A stretch of 64,000 nt of DNA from Octopus sinensis (GCF_006345805.1 NC_043006.1:33356001-33420000), one strand, 5' to 3'. Numbered from the stretch's first letter, positions 14,826 through 27,309 are shown. Translations and numbers: made by a program. The notes: generated by a model from the sequence alone, not told the origin.

Positions 14826-14999
14826 TCAATGTTAATTTATATTCAAAACACCAGTTTAATGACGACAAAGTTGCTTTGAATTCATTATTTTCAAAACTAA
14901 CTGAAACCAAGGCAGAACATTTTAACAGAAATATGGTAACAAAAGCATTAAGTAAACTAGTGATTCTCAACCTGAGTCCATATAAGACCATTTGAGATC

Positions 15000-15181
15000 C
15001 ATGAAAGCCAAACAGAAATTTGAGAGTTCACAGCAGTGTTTTAAGGGTCCTTGAAAATAATTTTGCTTTAGATATATTTATTGCAAGAAACATGAAAGCC
15101 AAACAGAAATTTGTGAGTTCACAGCAGTGTTTTAAGGGTCCTTGAAAATAATTTTGCTTTAGATATATTTATTGCAAGAAA
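15000..15181. repeat. 91-bp tandem duplication inside a hAT-like MITE
   Basis: catgaaagccaaacagaaattt...ttattgcaagaaa at 15000 and 15091. Confidence 0.9.
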
Positions 15182-16437
15182 CAGCTAGGTTTCTGGCAAT
15201 AAATACTGATTTCAAATTTTGGCACAAGACCAGCAATTCTGGGGGTGGGGGTAATGATTACAACGATCCCAGTGCTCAATTGGTACTTATTTTATCAAGC
15301 CCAAAAGGATTCAGTCACTTCCAATAATGTGAAAATGTCTGATTATGGGGAAATATTAGCTTAGTTGGGAACGGTTGAGGGTTGGTGTCAAGAAAGGCAT
15401 CCAACTACAAAAAAAGTCTCCCTCAACAAATTCCATCTGACCCATGCAAGCATGGAAAAGTGTCTGTTAAAATAATGACATGCACGCACACCACAATTAA
15501 GTGAACTAAGAGATGTGGAATAAAAGTCTTGCAGAATGGCAGAACAAAACACTACCAATAGAAATGAATTCAAGTTCCTGAAGTTATTTATTCAATGTTC
15601 TACTAGAAGGATATTTAGGGCGTAGGTGGTCAAAAATTAAATATTCAATTAAGGAATCCTTTTCAAAAGATTCAATGGAATGGTACCGTATTTGATTTGT
15701 ACCAAAATGTTTGATGCAATACATCAAAATGTTTGACTTTAAAATAACCTTGTAAAAATTGCTAAAATATTTTTTAGGAAAATAACTGTCTTTAGAAACT
15801 AAAAATTAATATCCCCAGCACATTGCCTGCCCACTCCCACTAAATCTATCTTACGACTTGGGAGAGTCGGTACCACTCAGCTACATATTGGTTTTCATTT
15901 TTAATCTTAATTTACATTCCAATAACCATAATCAATACCAACACTTATAACCTGTTATTTCCCATATTCTTCAATCAGACTGTAATGGTGATGCGTATAT
16001 ATATATTGATACACGCCCTACAATGATGTATCCATACACACATGGTTTCCTCTATACAAGTATATAGAAACATGAACTGTTAGAAATGTGCCAGGTGAGA
16101 TAAATATCATACACATATAAGGTCTTCAGGTGTTTATATTCTTAGTAGAATGCAAGTGTGTATGCATACATGGAACAGTTTAATAAGGAAGGCACAGATT
16201 AGTAGGAGGTTATTAATAAAAGACACACACTGCTTTGCAATGGAACAAAAATAATTCATCTGACCGAACTTTAGTTTTTAAAACAAGCCTGATCAAAATA
16301 ATTGGTTGAAATTAATTTTTGTTTTGTTTTGTTTTTTTCGTTTGAAGAAATGAAACCTGAAAAAAGGTGTTATGATAACAACCATTCCTTTCATACAATT
16401 ATATAGACATATACATATGTACATGTGTATAAACATT

Positions 16438-16469
<32 letters not shown>

Positions 16470-18476
16470 GTAAAAGTGTATAAACATATACATATGTGTG
16501 GTGCATGTGGATGTATTCAGAATGACATTACATTGATGGATTACCAGCTTAGTTTTGGAACTGTTTGATGAAATATTTACCAATATTGCTTTCCTTCAAA
16601 TTTTCAAATTATTTAAAGACAAATGAAAATGCTAATACAAAGACAGGAGGAAAAAGTTTAAAAAAAAACTAATTAGTACAATCTAAAATGTTTTAGTAAT
16701 GACAAGGATGATTTCTAAGTTTGGCAAAAGACCATAGGTTGGGGAGTTTGGGGTGGAAACAGTCAACAGAATGATCTTCAGGAAATGCCTGGCACTTACT
16801 TTCATCAACATGAAAGGGAAAAACTGATTCAGATTTGGCAAGATTTAAATCTGGGCCATAGAAGAACAAAATGAAATTGTTGACCTTTCTTTTGTGAACT
16901 TTCCTGTCATAAATGACAGATGCAGCTTCCACAACTTTTTCTGAATAACCTGCACAGGCGATTCGTTTATAATGATTAAATACTTGTGGTGTACATTAAA
17001 CTCGCTCCCACCAACAAATCAATGTTGCCTGAACAGGTGCATGGCACATTTCAAATGCTAAAATACTTGCAGAGCAATGTAAAAGGACCTGTTTTGCCCA
17101 AGAACACAATGCACTGCTCGGGCATGGAATTGAAACCACTATCTTACTGTCATGAGTGCAACACCCTAACCATTATATCACACACCCATCCCTTCAAAAA
17201 GTGAAAAAAACTGTTAAACATTTCTGACACTCTGACATTTCTTTTCAACACTGACCCAATGTCAATTTAGGGAATAATAACCAACTAAATTGGCTATGCC
17301 CAATACTTCATGGTCCTTGTTTTCTTAATTGCAGAGGGATGGAAGGCAAGGTGGATACTGGTGGGATTCAAACTTACAACATAAAAGGAAATACTTATAC
17401 ACCACAAGGTATTTAGTGCAACAGACAACCATCTGTGGCACTCCACCTGCCTTGTAGTAATAATGGTTTCTGATTTAGGTATGAGGCCAACAATGTTGAA
17501 AGTGGGAAGGTTCACTAGGCAACTGACCCCCTGTATTTCACTGGTACTTTATCAACCATGTATGGTTGAAAGGTAAAGTCAACCTCAACAAAATTTGAAC
17601 TCAGAACATAGAGACAGACAAAACGCCACTAAGTATTGTGTCCAGGATGGTCACAATTCTGCCAGATTGCCACCTTAATAGTAATAATAATAATAAATTA
17701 ATAAAAGAATTTGAAAGAATAAGTTATTTTTCCTCCCTTTCGCTTTTTTTTTTTTTCTTTCTCAATATTTAGTTGTGACTTTGTACAAAATGGAACAATA
17801 TTTAAAAAGTAACAAATAACAGAAAAAGATAATGGAAAATCCCGAAACAAGCAATATTTTTAGCCCACAACTCTTGAATTACTTGTATGCAACTTAAAGA
17901 ATTATAAGAGCAAAGTCATTGGGACAAACAGTACCAAAACTAGGAGACAGTTATAGAAAAGGTGGTAAGGAAAGACAACAAAAAGTTTTTTTTTAAATTA
18001 GTCATCATAAAAGAAAATACATCAAGTAAAAAAAAAAACTCTGGAGAAATTTTTGTTAATAAGAAACAAAAACAAAAAAACAGATTCAAAGAAGACAAAA
18101 ATAACCCAAAAAAGATTGTGTTTTAATGTGTGTGTGTGTGTGTGTGTATGTGTTTGTGTGAGTATGTGTGTGCACGCATTTTGATAGGCAAAGACCATGC
18201 ATTCACAAGACAATACAGATCAACTTGAATTGAATATGAAAAATGTTTTGATGATAGTAACGAGCCAAAATTTAATGAATGAAAATCGGAATCATGAGTG
18301 AGAATCATGCGTTGAATCCAAGATGTTATGACAATTACTGTAAGCAACACAAACGGTTCATGAACAAACACTCATCTTGACAAGCAGCTTTCAAATCAGC
18401 CGAAGGAAGTTTGAACTTGTCTCTTAGTGGTAGCTTCCAGATCAAAGGGGAATGGGGTGAGGAGAGACAGGACAGT

Positions 18477-18591
18477 TTAACGGTCGTTGGGGTGGTAGCT
18501 TTCAAATGAAATTGAACCAGTTTTGTAGTGGTTATGAAAAGAACTGTCCCAGCCATGCTGCTCCACAAATGCTACCAACTTTAGAACGAGA
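18477..18591 (-). CDS. Candidate terminal exon D (VSF* in phase 1, stop at 18581; SLVLKLVAFVEQHGWDSSFHNHYKTGSISFESYHPNDR* in phase 2)
   Basis: cctttacttaaccattttattattccag|TCTCGTT: branch-like ttaac plus pyrimidine tract. A GC-richer non-repeat block continues to about 18290 with no strong donor. Confidence 0.55.
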
Positions 18592-18961
18592 CTGGAATAA
18601 TAAAATGGTTAAGTAAAGGACCACAACACCAAGTTACAGACTAGAAGCATTTCAATGGTTCCAACAGCCGATTAGGTAATGAAATGAGTTTTCACCATCA
18701 ATTAGCTTAACATTGTACAACCTTTCAAGTCATATCGTGCACCCTAGCAGTTTTAGAATGAGAGTCAAATTGCAATTTGAAGGCCATAAAAGCTATAACA
18801 TTAACCATCTAACAGAAAACAAAATAGGACTAGCATCTTCTACTTATCACAACCAACAGCTGTGCTACAAAGCTACTACAACTGCAAAACCATGATAATT
18901 TACAAGACAGAGTTCTCATGTTTAAAGATTACTCCTTTTGTAAGTTGGAAAATTTTGTGGG

Positions 18962-19151
18962 TATTATTATTCACCATTACACATGTTCCATTTGCTAATA
19001 GGAATTACAAAGTCATACATGTCAGATAAACATGTAAGAAATGTTATTCTCTGTCTGAAGAATTTCTAATAGGAAATTTCTCACATTTTTATCCATGTGC
19101 AACTGTTTAATTCCTATTAGCAAATGAAACATGTGTAATGGTGAATAAATA
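18962..19151. mobile_element. Fold-back (hairpin) MITE
   Basis: tattcaccattacacatgttccatttgctaataggaatta pairs with taattcctattagcaaatgaaacatgtgtaatggtgaata; pairing continues inward. Confidence 0.7.
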
Positions 19152-19324
19152 GTAGCAAGAACTTTTTCCAACTTCCTGTTTAGATATATAGTAACTCTTC
19201 AAACAATTTTTCAACTAATATTACCTCACATAACTGGAATAAGCAGATATGCTTCAAAGGAACACAACTTGGATTTTACCCTACCTTGTACATATCTGTT
19301 ATAATGTATTATATATCTATTCCT

Positions 19325-19525
19325 TTCTTACTCTAGGCACAAGGCCCGAAACTTCTGGGGAGGGGGCCAGTCGATTAGATCAACTCCAGTATGCAACTGG
19401 TACTTAATTTATCAACCCAGAAAGGATGAAACCTCAGTGGAATTTGAACCCAGAACATAAAGACAGATGAAATACCATTAAGCATTCCGCTTGGCGTACT
19501 GACATTTCTGCCAGCTTGCCGCCTT
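19325..19525 (-). mobile_element. SINE family A, representative single copy
   Basis: Full-length-like copy. Others in the same orientation at about 13318, 15200, 17478, 22305, 25220, 26568, 29742 and 34062. Confidence 0.8.
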
Positions 19526-19529
19526 TCTC

Positions 19530-19927
19530 ATGAACTCTCGACCAGACGGGGCCCCAAGATGATAGAATCCCGGGGTCGCAATGTGCATTCAAGGTGTCGA
19601 TGTTCACTGAGTCCTGCAATTTGCATCAGTTCACGCGGATAGCTGCACTCTTCATCAACAGACAAGCCAAGTGATCCCCATCCAGACACAATCATAACCT
19701 TCACACGGTCCATACTGCATCAGACTCTCCAAGATGTATTTCAAAACATGTGTAGAAGAGTCAACTTATAAAATTGAAAATGAAGGACGATAATTTCGAC
19801 AGCTCTTATATAAAGTTTTTTTAAAGTCTTGTAAAGTCTAATATATTCTTTTGTAGTCTTATACCATCTTAGAAATATTTATTTTGCAATAAAATACCCA
19901 CTGCGGAAAGACTTTTTGAACACCCTG
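19530..19927 (+). mobile_element. Rearranged Tc1/mariner remnant with the C-terminus and right TIR
   Basis: 19722-19810 reads TLQDVFQNMCRRVNL.IENEGR.F.QLL (typical Tc1/mariner C-terminal helix) and ends ...TTTTTGAACACCCTG (CAGGGTG-type TIR). 19530-19720 resembles a catalytic-core fragment on the opposite strand. Confidence 0.5.
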
Positions 19928-20224
19928 CACTATATTTTAGGATTTGTTTATTCCTTATTATTTAGTTTCATATATGGGTATGAATGCATACAGTTAAGGG
20001 ATTTTTCAGTCTCTTACCTATGTGAATAGACCAATGGATGTGTATCACTGCTTTTCAATGACGATTACATACATGGGTTAATAGTGGAAGTAACTAAGCA
20101 TCAAAGTCTTAGTAACAAGTAAAAAGCAAAATGTATGGAAATGTGTGGCTTTGCAAATGAGACATTGCAGGATTGAGATGCACAGAAAAAAGTTATATTG
20201 TGAACATGTCCAATCTATCACAGC

Positions 20225-21355
20225 ATGGAAAAAATCCAACACAGAAATAAGAATTATAATAATGACCTGTTGCCTCAAAACTAAATAAAATGAAGCAGTG
20301 TTGAGACAATTACAAAGAGAACCCTAATTTCGAGTAAAAGAACTTAGAATTAATCATAAAAAAGAAATCAGCCATAATATTTTGACATAAGGTAATGAAA
20401 GTATGAAGAGAATTAAACTAAAAATGTGGGGGTGCACCAGTTAAAGAGAAGTTTTGAAATCAGTTGAGCAAAGAATTAAATTACCTCCCTTTTTCAAGGA
20501 ATGCTTCAAGTCAAAATGAAAATGGTATGACAGAAGCAGAGATATTACTGTACGTGTTTCTAAATAGATCAGGGACGTTTTGGTACAGGTGATGTGGTGC
20601 TAACAATATGGCACCAAGAAAATTTACTTTCTACTTTACAAACTGCCATTTTTTTTTCTTTTGTACTAGCCAGGCAGAGAAACTTAAAAAGTTTAACCCT
20701 TTTCTGACCATATTCTTGTTGAGATGCTCTTTCAATTAATTTTAAATTTAACAAAGAATTTAGTAAAATAACTTAGTTATCATTAAGCTAGTATTAGGAA
20801 CATAAAATGTGACTAAGGTTTGGTGAAAAATTTGGATTTAGAACTTTTGAAAACAAGAACATTAGAACTACAGAGCGAGAGGCAGTTTTAGCTGGGTTGG
20901 TATCGAAAGGGTTAAAGATGATCATAATTACCAACTAAAAAAAACCAAACACAGCTACATTTTTCAATCGACTAATATAATTAATCTTTTCTTTTATTAA
21001 CTAATAATCTTTCACTGAGTATTTTTATGTCATGTAGTAGGAGATAACTTCATATCTTAATTATTGAATTTTCGTTTTCATATTCTTTCATTATGTTTTT
21101 CTCTCCCTCTCTTCCCATGTGTATGATGTGTTTGCATCTGCCTTCAAACATAGAATCGTCCATTACCAAAAATGCCATCACCAAAACAGCTGTATCAAAA
21201 CGTCCACACCCACTCAATCAGCCTGTTCCATCTAAATGGAAAAAATCCAACACAGAAACAAGAATTATAATAATAACCTGCTGCCTCAAAACTAAATAAA
21301 ATGAAGCAGTTTTGAGACAATTACAAAGAGAACCCTAATTTCGAGTAAAAGAACT
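20225..21355. repeat. Two direct copies of about 120 bp (20225-20344 and 21236-21355)
   Basis: atggaaaaaatccaacacagaaa...gagaaccctaatttcgagtaaaagaact occurs twice with only a few substitutions. Confidence 0.9.
20693..20915. mobile_element. piggyBac-like MITE, family 2
   Basis: TTAA-CCCTTT...GAAAGGG-TTAA; same internal sequence (gttgagatgctc...aggaacataaattgtgactaaggtttggtg) at 37738-37962 and 59370-59598. Confidence 0.75.
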
Positions 21356-21594
21356 CACAACCACATGAAAAAAACACAAGTTATCTTGTAAATAGTTAAA
21401 AATGGTTAACTAGCTTGAAAAAAATCAATTCCTTTTGAGATAATTATTATTATTATTGTTATTTATAAAGCATATGAAATTAAAGCTAACTGAAGATGTT
21501 AATACAGCACAGGAAAAGGAGGATATTCCCCCATGTGAATGCCACATCAAAAGCTGTTAACAAAAACCACAGAACCAACAACAATAAAAAGATA

Positions 21595-21950
21595 GGCATG
21601 GCTGTGTGGTAAGAAGTTTGCTTCCCAACCACAAGGTTCCAGGTTCACTTCCACATGGTTCCAGATTCACCTTGGGCAAGTGTCTTCTACAACAGCCTTG
21701 GGCTGACCAAAACTTTGTGAGTGGATTTAGAAGACAGAAAATGAAAGAAGCCCATTGTATGTGTGTGTGTTCACCACCACCACTTGACAACTGGTGTGGA
21801 TGGGCTTACGTTTCTGTGACTTAGCAGTTAGGCAAAAGATACTGATACATAAGTACTAGGATTAAAAAATAAACTCATTTGACTGAAATTCTTCAAGGTG
21901 GTGCCCCAGCATGGCCGCAGTTTAATGACTGAAACAAGTGAAAGATTAAA
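21595..21950 (+). mobile_element. tRNA-derived SINE family B (internal CA/TA microsatellite), plus copy
   Basis: Head ggcatggctgtgtggtaag...ggttc..., body ccttgggcaagtgtcttctac...gtgagtggattt..gacggaaactgaaagaagccc. Other plus pieces at about 55700-55855 and 61705-61915. Confidence 0.8.
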
Positions 21951-23272
21951 AACAAAAACAAAAAAGAATACCAGTAATATTTTGATACTAAACAAGCCAC
22001 AAAAACCTTATGAGAAACGGTCCAGACAAACAAAAACAATCTTTACTAGGGAAGCCATCCATGACCTACCTCTACAATTTATTAAGATGTAGGTTAAAAT
22101 ATGGAGTAATATTAAACCCGATACAAAATAATTGTTGCAATGGTTCTTTTCATATTAACCATATTTCTACAGAATTTCTCAAAAAATGTTTTCCTATGAT
22201 TCTGACCAGAAATATAACCCTAGTCACCACCATCCCTATCATTTATTTGGGAGGGAGGGTATTTTTCCTAATTTGGTATAGAAAGGGGGAAACTAAATCT
22301 AAATATTGGTTTCAGATTTTGGTGCAAGGCCAGCAATTTCAGGAAAGTGGGTAAATTGATTACATTGACCTCAGTATACAACTGGTACTCATTTTATCAA
22401 CCCCAGAAGGATAAAAGGCAAAGTCAACCTCAGCGGGATTTGAACTCAGAACGTGGAGAGAGACAAAACGTTGCTAAATATTTTGCCACACATGATAATG
22501 GTTCTACTAGCTTGCTGCCTTAATGGGTAGTATATTTTCAATAAATTGTCATATAAAAACCTCCAAAACCCACAGAATTTTCCATGTTAGCAAAAGCAAG
22601 AAAACAGGTCAAGGGGTCACAAATTGTACACACATTCATAGCCAATACATTTACTTTGTGTTTAACACCCTAACATTGTAACTGGCCAGATCTGGCCAAT
22701 ATATGCTACTTGCTTTACGTTCAAACTGGTCAGATCCAGCCTCTCACACCTATCCTACAATGCTATTCTGAAAATAAACTATCAAATCATAGAAAGTCCA
22801 AAGCTACGAGATAATGCACGATCAATTGAAAACATTATGAATAAATAAGATTTACATATCTGACAAAATAATCTGAATGCTAAAGGGTTGAAGATAAGAA
22901 TAAAGCTGTTAATTATACTAATTGTGTCAATAATGATGATGATGATAATCATTTCTTCTCAATGGTCAAAACCACAAATTTATATGAGTGTGCAATGTTC
23001 ATTTCTTTCTCAAGGGGTATTAGTGATGTGAGTGGAATGAATTGGGATTGAACCAAGAACCCGAACCACATTGCAGACTTGGATCAGAGGGAGGCTTACC
23101 TCCAGTTCAAAGGCACTCATCACAATGATATAAGAATAATAGCAAATGACAGTCAAATATAGCACAAAAGGATGGAATTAATTGGTATACATACGAACCC
23201 TGTCCATGCCCAACCCCCTCCCAGAATGACACAACACTCCAGGAACAAGCCAGCATAGTTATGGTGCTATAC

Positions 23273-23320
23273 CTTTTCCCCTTTTTCGCATCACCAATGT
23301 CATATAGGTGGGACTTGAAG
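23273..23320 (-). CDS. Candidate 48-nt cassette exon C (ASSPTYMTLVMRKRGK in phase 1; SFKSHLYDIGDAKKGK in phase 2)
   Basis: tttgctttatgtattgtag|CTTCAAG...GGAAAAG|gtatag; open in two frames. A second, stronger donor (GGAG|gtaagc) lies at 23100. Confidence 0.55.
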
Positions 23321-23546
23321 CTACAATACATAAAGCAAACTTCAGCTGTGATGAGGGGTTTCGTTTGTTTTTTGGGTTTTTTTTTTTTTTGTTTTTTAGA
23401 GATATGTGCATAAGCTAACAAAATAATTTACAAAATAATTTTAGAGTTTTACACAAGCAACTGGCATACCACTAGTAATGGGCTGCATGGAAAACATTAC
23501 AATATCTGAGTTCCCAGCAAGATGCTAAGCGAGGCCAGGAACTGAC

Positions 23547-23562
23547 CTCCTGCTAAGACCAT
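23547..23562 (-). CDS. Candidate 16-nt frame-switching exon (DGLSR, phase 1 to 2); read-through gives DGLSRRSVPGLA*
   Basis: aattaattcttttgaag|ATGGTCTTAGCAGGAG|gtcagt; locally GC-richer than its flanks. Confidence 0.4.
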
Positions 23563-23721
23563 CTTCAAAAGAATTAATTATATTAATAAATAGCTATTAA
23601 ATTCTGTATGCGCTATAAAAATCAAAACCACAAGGAGAAATAGAACAAGAAATTAAAACTGACTTCACTGACTAAAATAAGATTCTCAACACTTAAAAAT
23701 ATAAACTAAAAAATTACTAAA

Positions 23722-23761
<40 letters not shown>

Positions 23762-23762
<1 letters not shown>

Positions 23763-24134
23763 AGAGGAATAACCACCAAAGTGGATTCTTAATATGCTAA
23801 AGATAGATGTCAAATCGCCTTACCATGAAGAGTGTTCTCAAGAATATGTCAGCAAAATGCAAGGTGAGCATTCTGTGTCTAGTTCTGGAAATTGTGTTTT
23901 GTAAGCGACAGACTATGCTGATGAGTTTGCAGATATTTGCATTCGTAAATATTAACAAATGAAACCATGATACGTAGGTAATCATTTTTTACTTCATATA
24001 TTTTCATTTGTCTTGCTCATTTTTACATTCTGGTGTTTTGCTGAAATTTTCTTGAGAACACACACTTCGTGGTAAGGTGATTTGACATCTATCTTTAGCA
24101 TATTAGGAATCCACTTTGGTGGGTTATTCCTCTT
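23762..24134. mobile_element. MITE with terminal inverted repeats of about 100 bp
   Basis: aagaggaataaccaccaaagtggattcttaatatgctaaagatagatgtcaaatc... is the reverse complement of ...gatttgacatctatctttagcatattaggaatccactttggtgggttattcctctt. Confidence 0.75.
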
Positions 24135-24761
24135 AATTTGTATGTAATATAATTTTTAATCTTCGGATTTTTTAAATATGCTAAACCACTGGTTTTAATT
24201 GATTAATATCAATTTCTACCCTCATTATCTAATTTTTATATATATATATATATATATCCCTCATCTAATATATATATGTATATATATACATGTATCACAT
24301 CTCTTAAAGAATTATATATATATATATTCATTACACAAAGATGTGCTATTGCTAAATACTAATAACAGTTTCTTAGAAGGAATCTGTAGGAAAGACAGAA
24401 AATATGTATGGAGAGATTTAGACAAGCAAAGAGACTACAGTAGATGCTGGGTCCTGATTTTACCAAGTTTGTTGAAAGAGGAAGAGGAGGAAGATGGAGG
24501 AGGGAAAGCAGTTCAAGCACGAGTTCTGGGAAAGTATGGAATATAATAAACAAGTCTAACAAGATGAAATAATTCCATTGGCCAAAATGGAAACAAAATA
24601 TATACCAGCAGATAGAGACCAAAGAAATATTGAAGAAATATCTGACAAACAGCGAGTAAAATATGATATACAGACTAATAGAGTAGTGAACATTGACCAA
24701 TAAATCATTGCTAGTAAGCAGTAAGTATTTGAGTCTAAACATGACTCCATTACTTCCTAGC

Positions 24762-24808
24762 AATCTCTGAAGAAGGAATTTTTATATTCCGAAATATTAT
24801 ATTAGACT
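24762..24808 (+). ncRNA. Minimal type-I hammerhead ribozyme motif with weak stem I
   Basis: UCU-CUGAAGA-A-GGAAU-uuuuau-AUUCC-GAAA-UAUUAUA-UU-AGA. Perfect 5-bp stem II; stem I has only 3 contiguous pairs. Confidence 0.55.
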
Positions 24809-27309
24809 ATGAATAATTAAATTATTTATAACAGTTATTATGGTCCACTCTGCAATGTTGTGCCATTCCAAACACATTACATTTCACAAACAATACACAA
24901 TGCACCCAGTGAACTACAATACCCTCTTATATATATATGTATATTTATATATATATAAACCATTATTATAGAGCATTTATAACAGCTGTAAGAGTGATTT
25001 TAATGATTTCAATAATTTATATTAAGATTTTTATAATTGTATTCTTATCTTATATGTATTGAATTATAATGTATATATGTATGTTATTAAGGTTCTCATT
25101 TTTGTTAAATAAATAAATAAGTCAACGTTCTAATATCCGAAAGCTGATGAACCAACTAAATTGTTTCTCTATTTTCTTATTTGTATTATATATATATATA
25201 TATAAATGCTTTATAATCATGGTTTCAAATTTTGGCACAAGGTAATTGTTACTGAGGGTTGAGGAAAGTCGACTGTGTCTACACCAGAATTTGACTGGTA
25301 GTTATTTTATCGACCCTGAAAGGGTGAAAGGCAGAGTCAACCCAAGTGGAATTTGAACTCATTCCATAACAACAATAACTCGAAATAATTCGTAATGTAA
25401 AAGACACCTTTTTGCAGACCCATCAAATAAATATATATCAGTAAAGGATCAGAACAGAATAAAAGAGATGCGATTGTTTGCCTGAACAATGTAAGGGATC
25501 AGTAAAAATCAAACAAATTCATTGAATATAAGATAAAAAAAGAAAACAATCAGTAAAACTAAAGAGTGACTAACCAACAGAACGAAATCTCCTGAGAATT
25601 ATAGATCAGTGGCCAGAAAACTAAGAAATTTACAAAAGAGACAATGACTCAAAATAAGTTATTGTCCTCATCTTATTAGCATTAATTAATTATTTTAGTA
25701 AATTAGTAAATTTTATATCGACCCTTTTGAAGTCAACTTCCCTTGGGTTATATCTGGTTCTATGATACAAATCTCTCGTTTTGCAGCAGATTTCAATCCA
25801 AACTTTACATCTTGACATTATGCCTTTTGCTATGTTCACACCATAAATATATTATTTCCCAGGGAAGTAAGGAAATGCAGAATAGCTGTGAAAACAGCTT
25901 CAAAGATCAGGTAAATACCCTTAGAAGAAGGGAAAATGTGGCCAGCAAACCACCAGAAAGAATCGAACCCTCTACCTCCGAAATTGTGGCTGACCACTCT
26001 GCACCATTATGCTAAGAGATCCCCGACCACTCTGTACCATTAAGCTAAGAAAACCCTTTTATTTTACTAAAATATTTCCAAATATTTTCTTATTTAATTA
26101 AAACCAACTGAGATAATCTTGTTGGAAATGTCTTAAAATGGTTAAACTATTATTCCATTTACTTATTCACCAAACTACTAAACTCTATAGTGAATGTAAT
26201 GACCCAACAAATGTATTTTCACCCTATATTTTCATTTGAAACAAAAGAATGCACAATTTTTACATTCTCTACAAAATCAATAAATGTGGTAATCAACAGA
26301 CTTTCTACCATTTCTACATTTATATGGCAGGATAAAGTTAGTCATCCTGAGATCCAGCCATGTCCGGCCCAAATATTCCATCTGATTTAAGTTCAAAGCA
26401 GCCAGATCCAGCCTCTCACACCTCACCGACAATGTTGTTCTAAAAATAAACACTTGGTCAGTGAAATCTTAAAGCTACTGGATGGGATGGGAATAAATGA
26501 GCATCACATTGGAGAGAATAATCTGAATGGTAAAGGGTCACAGAGCACAAACAGTTAACAAACCTTTCTAAAATAGGTACAAGGCCTGAAATTTGGGGGA
26601 GATGAGGGTTAGTTGATTACATCAACCCCCACTACTCAGCCGGTACTTATTTTATCGCCCACAAAAGGATGAAAGACAAAATCTACCTCAGCAGAATTTG
26701 AACTCAGAACGTAAAGACAAACAAAATGCTACTACACATTTCGTTCAGCATGCATTGGCCAACTCACTGCCTTCATACAAACAGTTAATAATGAAAACTG
26801 GGTTTATAAATTCAGTTCTACCAGGAATTCACTCCCTAGCTGCAGCATTCACCACAATATTCAAATATCTCAGAGAAAGAAAAATGCCACACACATAAGG
26901 AAAAAAAATATCAACAAAGCATTTACTTATTAGCCAAGAATGAAATAAAAACAACTTTAGAATGATGTGAAAGGATTAAACCCTTTCCTAAATCAGAGAC
27001 CCCTATTCAGCCAGAGATTCTCTTCAAAGCCTATGATCAGGAGATGAAGTCAATGTCAGTGAACAATGATGATAACCTATCACAGTTACCATTTCCAGAT
27101 ACCCTGGTAACCCATTCCACAAGATAATATGGTGAAGCCCATAGACATAATAGGCATAACGTTCAGAGAGAATTTCAGTCATTTTTCACAGACACGTTTG
27201 CTAGTAATGTACACAAAACAAATGGAAATTATCTTCTATTTAATGTTACTAGCATTAAAGACAAAAGAACCAACAGTGAAATAAGTACTTGTTAACCAAT
27301 CATCTAAAT

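Noticed and set aside
19050-19090. CUGAAGA...GAAA at the centre of the fold-back MITE
   Set aside because: No separate stems I-III can be formed; coincidental within the hairpin loop.
20018-20047. Possible 30-nt phase 1-1 exon (VIHIHWSIHI) with a good donor
   Set aside because: The acceptor has essentially no pyrimidine tract; not supportable without RNA data.
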